A stretch of 64,000 nucleotides of DNA from a virus, in the IMG/VR virus record IMGVR_UViG_3300021376_000029, positions 21,289-85,288 of that record; one strand, given 5' to 3'. The translations under genes were made by a program, and so were the position numbers. The notes beneath the pieces are model-generated. The model worked only from the letters and a program-made list of their open reading frames with translations. It ran no database searches and was not told the DNA's origin. Below are positions 9,701 to 18,700 of the stretch, one piece after another; the stretch's first letter is position 1; the number at the start of each line of letters is the position of its first letter.

Positions 9701-12454
9701 CTTGAGGTAGTAAGTACCGTTATTTGATAAACCACTGACAACAGTTGCTGGAGAGGCAAAAGTATAAAGAATAAGTTCGTTATTTGAGAATTGATTATTG
9801 CCAATGTAGATACTATTCTTGAAAGGATTAATAATAGTAGCAGCCATAATGTAATTACCATCAGCAGCAGCTAGTCTATATGGAGTATCATTTACTCCAG
9901 GTTTAATTCTCCATCTAGTGCTATCAATTTTTTCTACATAGAATTGTGCGCCTGTACCTAAAGTAGCAGTACCGCCTGCATTATCATTCCAATATCTAAT
10001 ATTATTGCCTGAAGTTACTGTCAGCGTAATGAGATTATTTGTTTCAAATCCATGATCTTGTTTGAAGAATGAATCATTAGTACTTGTGTTTCTCTTCATC
10101 AACATGAAGTACATGTTGGTACTACCATCAGAACTAACATCACCGAAATATCTATCATTACTATTGCTATATCCATTTCTTCCTGCCCACCAACCATTGG
10201 TATCACCTTGATATGCCCAATAGTAATATTCATTACCATACAATCTCAAGTATGCGGAGTTCATGAAATTAGCCGAGAAGGTAGATGTCCAATAAGTTCT
10301 TCCGTTTACATCATTATATCCACCTACGGTATATCCATGGCCTTGGCCACCATTATTATTACCATTTACTCCAAAATTATTATTGTCAGTGATAAAATCA
10401 TAAGAACCCTGATAAATTGCAGTAGTACCTAAAGGTAATGTTTGCAGGTGATATCCATATGTTCTCCAGGAAGTTCCAAAGACGTTATACCAAGTCCAGT
10501 TATATATGTATTGGTTATGTCCACCATATCCAGGTCTTGCACATGAGAAGTATGCAACGTTATCCCACGCCTGACCACCTAATCCAAAGGTGCCATTTAC
10601 GTTTGCAAAATCATGTCCTGAATATGTTCCTTGCCAGTTCCAATAATAAGTATAATAGTAAGCATAGAAATCACCCCATTGCTTGTATTCTCTATAGCAG
10701 TTATATACCAAACCTAAAGTATGTTTACCATAATTAAATGTACCACCAGTTTGAAGATCCTTGAGAATATTCATTCTCTGAGAATCATGTAATCTAATAG
10801 TATTATCATTAATTCTTTCTGCATAATATACAAGCATTCTATTTAAACCACCAATTGGAGTATCTCCAGGTGCAGGATAATAGAGCACTGCATAACTATT
10901 TCGTAAACCGTGATTTGGAATAGTAATAGTATTTGCGGCATAATCAATATCATTAGCACCAAACCTTAAGGTATATGTTGATTCATTGTTGTAAGGAATA
11001 GTTTCAGTTGCTACAGGAACATTTTGTACTACGATTGAATTTACAGTATCAATAAAAGGTCTGCCATCAGGCGCTGTTGCAGTTGGATCAGTAACTTCAA
11101 GAATTTTTGGTGCAATACTATTTACAAAGTAAAAATTAGTATTGTCTGCAAAACCATGTTCGTTTGTTGTTGTCAAATAAATTTTAGATTCCGTAGCAGT
11201 AACTACTGGCAGATCACCGCCCATGCCAGTATGTAGTGTGCAATAATATGTAAGTAAATTTGGCGTTCCCTGAGTTATATAAAGTCTTATAAAAGCACCA
11301 GGAGTTCCAGCAGTCCCTTGTGAATAAACAAAAGTGGTATATGGTGACCCATCAGTTGCAGTACCAATTTCAAAAGTATGACCAGTTATAGTAGGACTGG
11401 AAATATCAAAAATATAAATTGCCTTTCTATTTAAATTTAAAGCTGGTTGTTGCACTCCATCAATGAAGAATTTATTGCTGGTGGAGCCTACAGTAGCAAT
11501 TGTCCTAGTGAAAGAAGATCCAGTTGCAGATAGAGTATTACCATTGCCAAAAGAACCAGAAGCAGTTATAACACTAATTACTAAACCATCAATTTTAGTT
11601 ATAGTACCAGAGGCACCAGATGGTGAACTAATGGTTGCTCCAACTGCCCAAGTATAATGAGGAGCTGATGTAAGTGTAAGTTCTATTACTGCGATTCTTG
11701 TTACAACTTTTGTAAAAGTATCTGACACAATACCAATTGCTTCATCAACAGCAATTTGTGAACCTTGGAAAAACTGACCAGGAATAATAGAGGTGTAAGT
11801 ACCCTGAAGTTCTCTAGTGGATATTTGTTTTGCCCTTGCTTTATATGTAAAGGTTTTAGTAGTAGGAACAGATTGAATTAGATAAGTTCCTTCTGCTGTA
11901 ACACTTGAAAGACCAGTTACAGTAATTGGCGTACCAGTAGTTAAGTTATGCTCAAATGTAGTAGTAATAGTAATCAGTTCACTATTTGAAGTTGATTCTA
12001 CTTTCTCAATAAATGGAATAGTAGTATCAGCTGTACTTGAAAAGAATGATGGGATTTGGTTAATTAATTGAAGAGTTTCCCACTTAGAAGCCTGTGGACC
12101 ATATTCAAAGTCAGTATCAATCAGGTTTTGTGGCGTTGAAACACGGAACTTTGAAACGGGGTCAACATATGTTTCAGACGGTTCTATTTCAACATGATCC
12201 TGTTCATAAAAAATTTGCAGAGTGTCTGTAGCACTCATTAAGTTACAATCTTTATCAAGAACTACTGTTGTAGATTCAGTAGAATCATTATAAGTAACAG
12301 TGCCACCCGCTTGTTCATCAGCAAAATTATAAAGGACAACACCTGTCGTTACGTTAGTGATCAGCAGTAATCTTTTGTGTGCTACATGACCGTCAATGAT
12401 TACGGTGTCCAGTGAAGGAACGAAAGTGTATTTTTGTACTAAATGCTTTGCCAT
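6764..12454 (-). CDS. Large virion structural / tail-associated protein
   Basis: 1896 aa, beta-rich S/T/G/N composition; N-terminal LLLITNVT..LYNFAD and IDTDFEYG.Q.SKWE, and RQTRKYFRYQSGKG motifs seen in cyanophage virion proteins. Confidence 0.8.
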   Translation of the reverse strand: MAKHLVQKYTFVPSLDTVIIDGHVAHKRLLLITNVTTGVVLYNFADEQAGGTVTYNDSTESTTVVLDKDCNLMSATDTLQIFYEQDHVEIEPSETYVDPVSKFRVSTPQNLIDTDFEYGPQASKWETLQLINQIPSFFSSTADTTIPFIEKVESTSNSELITITTTFEHNLTTGTPITVTGLSSVTAEGTYLIQSVPTTKTFTYKARAKQISTRELQGTYTSIIPGQFFQGSQIAVDEAIGIVSDTFTKVVTRIAVIELTLTSAPHYTWAVGATISSPSGASGTITKIDGLVISVITASGSFGNGNTLSATGSSFTRTIATVGSTSNKFFIDGVQQPALNLNRKAIYIFDISSPTITGHTFEIGTATDGSPYTTFVYSQGTAGTPGAFIRLYITQGTPNLLTYYCTLHTGMGGDLPVVTATESKIYLTTTNEHGFADNTNFYFVNSIAPKILEVTDPTATAPDGRPFIDTVNSIVVQNVPVATETIPYNNESTYTLRFGANDIDYAANTITIPNHGLRNSYAVLYYPAPGDTPIGGLNRMLVYYAERINDNTIRLHDSQRMNILKDLQTGGTFNYGKHTLGLVYNCYREYKQWGDFYAYYYTYYWNWQGTYSGHDFANVNGTFGLGGQAWDNVAYFSCARPGYGGHNQYIYNWTWYNVFGTSWRTYGYHLQTLPLGTTAIYQGSYDFITDNNNFGVNGNNNGGQGHGYTVGGYNDVNGRTYWTSTFSANFMNSAYLRLYGNEYYYWAYQGDTNGWWAGRNGYSNSNDRYFGDVSSDGSTNMYFMLMKRNTSTNDSFFKQDHGFETNNLITLTVTSGNNIRYWNDNAGGTATLGTGAQFYVEKIDSTRWRIKPGVNDTPYRLAAADGNYIMAATIINPFKNSIYIGNNQFSNNELILYTFASPATVVSGLSNNGTYYLKAINNNRFQLGTTVGFTNEIVLTSTGTGIQSFENASATFGAVDGSYTTTRAINDKTLEITLPFKLSPGNKPFNAALAVTTGANGFLTIPNHFFSPGTRIIYNTAGGTAIGGLTHNTDYFVIVLDDTRIRLATTLANAQSGTAVTMTSTGSGSHQLITANLSGLITGAGTVSVTSGTTITARTILGNNTNFKRYFKVGDTIRIVNSATTPGTIVTRSINAIKDDGSILVDTPFTFTGSSLKYFIPTFIYVRPDGYYLHRPFDGGMEIGTSKSPDGLICRQTRKYFRYQSGKGIQTSFAINFIPQNPITSLAYTPQGTTTSLRVTGVSGENRLTVVSGSTAGVVPYMEITGLPSGVTLDACQIDSVLNSTTLVLSQTLTASITDVPITLEPAKLATIVSNRPHNCIVGSYVCIVGSDNDVFNKKVSVATIIDDFTFRVQLKDVPAGVSTSGGFPSFAVEKWNNSSVRAGMFDFQNGFFFEFDGQNINCVRRSSVQQLTGTLSVTKGSGIIVGTSTQFSSQLQKGDKIVIRGMTHKVVKITNNTSITVQPSYKGVTNSNVIGTKTIDVRVPQLQWNIDKCDGSGPSGYVLNIGRIQMCYADYSWYGAGKIRFGFKDQHGHVKYVHEFKHNNKLLESYFRSGNLPARYEIENIGTPTFVPSLFHWGTSVIMDGMFQDDEAYLFTASGNVLKFTNATTQTSSSNGNSVIIEERINTFNSQYFIRIPFPSSEASKLTINTLIYNTAIAQGYFSNGRNINSRSFVSGSTYFVYIQYQEGSATVFPRGYASTINARIGNPAVPTTTSFNVGAPAGSDNLIPSYIPLLSIRLAPSVDSSITGSVGQREIINRMQLNLQSVGVQVTHETEISLIINPELSTDAFANVDSPSLCQLVRHNSNETLSGGQKILAFRAAGGPIEGTRRLAAATAYDLSELSALGNSILGGDGVYPNGPDLLTLVAEVIDSTGVSSANPYSATARVTWKESQA

Positions 12455-12492
12455 CTCTTAATTACCGTGCAGAATTGTGTTTAAAATATAAA

Positions 12493-12681
12493 TTACCAAC
12501 CCATCCCAACGGACAGGGCTACTACAAGTGTTTTTTGTGCTAACTCATGCCCACCCGCTTTCTGACCATCATGAACGATGGCAGTATTTTTGTCGGTGTC
12601 AACTGTAATTTCACCTTCAGCACCAGTGAACGTTTGATGTTGAATGGTAGTTCCTCTTCGGAATTGTACTTGGGTTGTCAT
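12493..12681 (-). CDS. Stand-alone Mtd N-terminal-like (fibre attachment) domain protein
   Basis: QVQFRRGTT..FTGAEGEITVDTDKNT..VHDG..GGHEL is the N-terminal motif of Mtd/tail-fibre proteins. Confidence 0.75.
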   Translation of the reverse strand: MTTQVQFRRGTTIQHQTFTGAEGEITVDTDKNTAIVHDGQKAGGHELAQKTLVVALSVGMGW

Positions 12682-12709
12682 TGACTAGCTCTGTAGTTTT
12701 TTCTTCTTT

Positions 12710-12717
12710 TATTTATA
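12710..12717 (-). promoter_or_regulatory. T4-type late promoter TATAAATA
   Basis: TATTTATA on the + strand, upstream of 12681. Confidence 0.75.
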
Positions 12718-12724
12718 ACAATTG

Positions 12725-15700
12725 TTATATTATACTTCCGAATATTCTTGCGGGGCTAAAGAGAATAACAATATCTTTTGAAGCACCACTAATTTCAATA
12801 TTAAATTTATTCGTAACAGAAATTCTTGAATAACTATTGCGTTCAATACCACTAATTCTGAACAGAGAAGTTCTAGTATCAGTTTCCTCAACAACAAGTC
12901 TGTTGATAGATGCATTACCGATTCCAAACAGAGATCCTTTACCACGATAAGAATCTGTTTGCTTCTCAATTCCGATTCCAGAAATAAATTCTGTACCCGA
13001 ACCAGGGTATCTGGAGATATACTTGAATTTAGATTCCCCATTAAATCTAAACAGAATAGTATTTTCAGGAGTTTGTGCAACAAACGCTATGACAGCGGTA
13101 TTAGTACCGAAGGAAATATTTCCTTTACCAACATAGGATCTCGTGAACTTAGCAGCAACATTGCCAGAAATTGTTGCATTACCAGAACCCTTATAATTCT
13201 CTGTATTTTTCTCAACCGCAGATCCAGTAAATTTAAAGAGTGCCGCTTCTTCTGGTGGGTTAGAAGTCTTAGATTCTGCAGCACCTTGGAATGCAAACAG
13301 AGAACCTGAACCTTGATATGGTGCCTTACTATATTTTTCCTGAATGTAACCAGTAAGATTAATATTACCTGATGCTTTTTCAATTACTGTTCTAGATTCA
13401 ATCTTCTCACCAACAGTAAAGATATTGCCAGTACCAACATAATTCTCAGTGTTCTTCTCAATCGCTGAACCAGAGAATCTGAAGAGTTGAACATTTGCTG
13501 ATATAGCAAATACTACAGACTCACTAGTTTCATTAAATGCGAACAGCGAACCTGTGCCGATGTAATTCTCAGTATTCTTCTCTGTTGCAGAACCAGTAAA
13601 TCTGAAGAGTATAGTTTCTTCTGATGGATTAAATGATACTTTGCTTTCTGACTGCAAGAATGAGAAGATATTGCCAGTACCAACATAATTCTCAGTGTTC
13701 TTCTCAATTGCACTTCCAGAAATTTGTGCTGAACCTGTGCTGATATATCTTTCGGTGTGAGATTCAATAGCAGAACCATATACATTAAACAGTTGAACAT
13801 TTTCAGTTGGGTTAAATGCTACTGCTGCAGCACTTGAACCAACAGTTAGAATATTTCCTGTTCCTAGGTAATTCTCAGTATTTTTTTCAATAAGAGTTCC
13901 AGTGATATCAATCTGACCAGAACCATCATGCTTATTAGATTTCTTGAGTGTCCCAGAACCACTAATTTGATATAAAGCAGTATTTTCAACAGGGTTAAAT
14001 ACTACTTTGCTTGTGGATTCTCCATAATTGAACAGGAAACCAGAGCCATAATGTAAGAGTGAAATAACTGGAATTGCGGCGCCAGAAACTTTGAACAGTG
14101 CTGTGGATACTGCAGCAGAAATAAGGATAGTTTCCGTTGCAGTTCCAAATGAGAATGCTGAACCAGAACCTCTGTATTTCTCTGTATTTTTCTCTACCGC
14201 AGAACCAGAGAATGTATAAAGGAATGTATTTTCTGGGGTCTGTGCAGAGAATGCTTCTGCAACACCCTTAAGAACAGAGAATCTTCCTGTAGATGAGTAT
14301 GCTCTTGCTCTATCAGTATCACCATTTCCAGAAACATTGATCTTGCCAGTTCCATACCAAGAATCTGTTTGTTTCTCAATGATATAACCACTAATAAATT
14401 CTACACCAGAACCAACCTTAGTATAAACTCTAATTGGTTTTGTAATTCCATCACCAGAAACATTAAGTGTACCACCAATATTTCCATGGATTGCACTAAC
14501 ATAACGAGGTGTTGGTCTGTAGTTACGGAACTCAGGGAATCTGCCAGTTGAAAGTCTGATATTTCCTTTACCAACATAAGATTCTGTATTTGCTTCAGAC
14601 GCTGCAGGGAATCTTTCTTCAAATACAAGACTTACATAACCAACATAAGATTCAGTATGTCTTTCTATAACATTACCAGTGACTTTTACTGCATCGCCAG
14701 AACCAATAAATTCTCTGGTACGAGGAGTTATAGCAGAACCAAAGAATGTATAAAGGAATGTATTCTCTGGAGTCTGTGCAGAGAATGCTTCTGCAGCATT
14801 ACCAATAGCAAATAGTGAACCAGATCCATAATAGGATCTTTCAAATGGTGTAACAGCAATACCACTAATTCTGAATAATCCAAATGGTTTTTCACTACCG
14901 ATAGTATTAATTACAGAACCATAATCAATTTCACCACCATCAGCATTACTGGTTATTAAACCATTATCAAGATTTTGTGTTGAATTAGAAAGATTACCAT
15001 AATCAACTTCATTGACTGCATCAATTTCAGATGATGTATTATATGAGAAGGTTCTTCTCTCAACTCTGTCACCAATGTGGAACAGTGAACCTGAAGCAAC
15101 ATAAGACTTATTACGTGATTCGTTAGCGTTACCAGAAACATTATAAAGGAATGTATTCTCTGGAGTCTGTGCAGAGAATGCTTCTGCAGCATTACCAATA
15201 GCAAATAGTGAACCAGATCCAACTTTGGTGAATACTTGAATCCAGCGATCATCAGAGTTACCGTTAACTTTGAATAGACCAAATGGATATGTGATGTCAA
15301 GATTAATTATCGCACCATAATCAATTTCACCACTAGTTGCTGTTTGAGTTACATATCCATTGTCAATAATTGTTCCTGATGCAGTAATAAGACCATAATC
15401 AGATGCATCATATTCAGATACTGATGAAGAATTATAAGAGAATGTTCTTTTCTCAATTCTGTCACCAATGTGGAACAGTGAACCTGAAGCAACATAAGAC
15501 TTATTACGTGATTCGTTAGCGTTACCAGAAACATTATAAAGCAATGTATTCTCTGGAATCCGTGCAGAGAAGGACTCGGTGAGACCATTAAATTCAAACA
15601 GTGATCCAGATCCAACTTTGGTGAATACTTGGATCCAGCGATCATCAGAGTCACCGCTAACTTTGAACAGACCAAATGGATATGTAATATTAAGATCAAT

Positions 15701-18700
15701 TACATTACCAAGATCAACTTCACCACCAGTTGCTGTCTGAGTTACATATCCATGGTCAATAATTGTTCCTGATGTAGTAACAAAACCATAATCAAATGAG
15801 TCATAATCAGATACTGATGAAGAGTTATAGGAGAACGTTGCTTTTTCAACTCTGTCGCCAATGTGGAACAGTGAACCTGAAGCGACATAAGAATTGTTAC
15901 GTGATTCTGATAATGTACCATCAACAAATAATCCACCAACTGATCTCCAATGTGGTCTAAATCTGACAAAGGTGCGATCAGAAGCAATTGTGAATCTACC
16001 AGAACCTTTATGAGCAAATGCTGGTTTATATTGATCCTCTGCCGCCCCAGTAAATTTAAAGAGTACATTTACTGGATAATCATAATCATATAAAGTAACT
16101 GAACCATAATCAATTTCACCATCAGTTGCTATTTGATTTACATAACCAAGATCTATAGTTATTCCCGAAGTTGTTACAGAACCATAGTCAACTTCAGTTT
16201 CATAAGCAACTATTGAAGACTCATTATAATTATAAGTTACTCTCTCAACTTTATCGCCTACTTCAAATAGAGATCCAAAACCTACATAAGAGTTATTTCT
16301 ACTTTCAATTGCGTTACCAGAAACATTATAAAGGAATGTATTCTCTGGAGTCTGTGCAGAGAATGCTTCTGTTGCGCCAGTGAATTCAAACAGTGATCCA
16401 GATCCAATCTTAGTAAATACTTGAATCCAACGATCATCAGAGTTACCACTAACTTTGAATAGACCAAATGGATATGTAATATCAAGATTAATTATCGCAC
16501 CATAATCAATTTCACCACCAGACGATACTTTGGTAATTAATCCATAATCATTAGTTAATCCTGATGCAGTAATAAGACCATAATCAAGTTCATCATAATC
16601 AGATACTGATGAAGAATTATAAGAGAACGTTGCTTTTTCAACTCTGTCACCAATATGGAACAGAGATCCAAAACCTACATAAGAGTTATTTCTACTCTCA
16701 ATTGCGTTACCAGAAACATTATAAAGGAATGTATTCTCTGGAATCCTTGCGGAGAATGACTCAGTGAGACCATTAAATTCAAACAGTGATCCAGATCCAA
16801 CCTTAGTAAATACTTGAATCCAACGATCATCAGAGTTACCGTTAACTTTGAATAGACCAAATGGATATGTGATATCAAGATTAATTACATTACCATAATT
16901 AACCTCTCCACCAAAAGTAGACTGAGTAATCTGACCCAGATCAATAGGTGTTCCTGACGCAGTAATAAGACCATAATCAAGTTCATCATAATCAGATACT
17001 GATGAAGAATTATAAGAGAATGTTCTTTTCTCAACTTTGTCGCCAATGTGGAACAGTGAACCTGAAGCAACATAAGATTTTGATTCAGATTGATTTGCAG
17101 AACCATCAACAAATAATCCACCAACTGATCTCCAATGTGGTCTAAATCTGACAAAGGTACGATCAGATTGAATATTGATTATTCCTTTTCCTTTGAAATT
17201 AAAGGAAGGTTTAAGTTCAGTAAATGCAGCACTACCAAATTTAAACAATACATTTACAGGATAATCATAATCATGTAAAGTAACTGAACCATAATCAATT
17301 TCGCCGCCATCAGTTACTTGATTAATTAAACCGTAATCAATAGTAGAACCAGAAGTAGTGACTAATCCATAATCTACTTCGGGTTCATATACAACTATAG
17401 ATGAAGTATTATAGGAGAATGTCGCTCTTTCAATTCTATCCCCAACATGGAATAGAGATCCAAAACCTACATAAGAGTTATTTTTACTTTCAACCGCACC
17501 ACCACCAGAAATACTATAAAGAAGTGTATTCTCTGGAATCTGTGCAGAGAATGCTTCTGTTGCGCCATTGAATTCAAAGAGAGATCCAGATCCAACTTTG
17601 GTGAACACTTGGATCCAGCGATCATCAGAGTTACCGCTAACTTTGAACAGACCAAATGGATATGTAATATTAAGATCAATTACATTACCATAATTAATCT
17701 CTCCCCCAGAAGCAGACTGGGTAATTTGACCAAGATCAACAGGTGTTCCTGATGCAGTAATAAGACCATAATCAGATGCATCATAATCAGATACTGATGA
17801 AGAATTATAAGAGAACGTTGCTTTTTCAACTCTGTCACCAATATGGAACAGCGATCCAGATCCAACATATTTTTCTGTATTCTTTTCGTCTGCAGAACCA
17901 GTAATTCTTACATTTAAATTGCCCCGCCATGCATCACTTTGACGAATAGAATGATAACCAGCAAATTGAATTCCACCTCTTCCTCTATAAGGACCACGAA
18001 TAAATTGTCCTATACCCTCTCCAGAGAAGTTATAAAGGACATTGAGAGGATAAACAATATCAAGATTAACTATGCTTGAATAATCAATTACAGCAGTATT
18101 ATCTTCATTTACATGACCAAGATCTACAGAAGTTCCTGATGTGGTTATAGTTCCATAGTTTTCTGTATTGAAATATTCAATGGAAGTAGAATTATAATCA
18201 TATGTTACACTCTCAACTTTATCGCCAATACTGAACAATCTTCCCTTACCAATGTAAGGTCTAGAGAAAGCATCTGGAATAATTCTGTTAGAAACAATAA
18301 ATTCTCCATATCCTCTCCACCAAGGAATAAATCTTGTATCAGTAGGAGATGGTTGATGATGAACTTTAAATCCACCAGAACCAGTTTGTGCAAAAATTGG
18401 TTTGTACTGAACAGTTGCGTTACCAGTAAATGTGAATAATGGATTAGTAGCATACTCAGTTAAACCAGTGTTGATAAATCCATAATTAATTTCACCTTGA
18501 TTTACTACTTGATTGATCAAGCCATGGTCAATTGTAGATCCAGAAGTAGTAACTAATCCATAATCAGATTCTGAATATTCAACTATTGCAGATGAGTTAT
18601 ATGCATATGTTGCTCTTTCAATTCTATCACCAACATGGAATAGAGATCCAAAACCAATAAATGGTCTAGTAAATGAATTATGTCCCGTTCCTCTGAGTTC

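Noticed and set aside
12454-12495. Stop-codon readthrough fusing the Mtd-N ORF to the 1896-aa gene
   Set aside because: The two ORFs are out of frame (38-nt gap) and no convincing slippery site was seen.
12493-12681. Possible diversity-generating retroelement suggested by the Mtd-N domain
   Set aside because: No reverse transcriptase in the window and no template/variable repeat pair differing only at adenines was seen.
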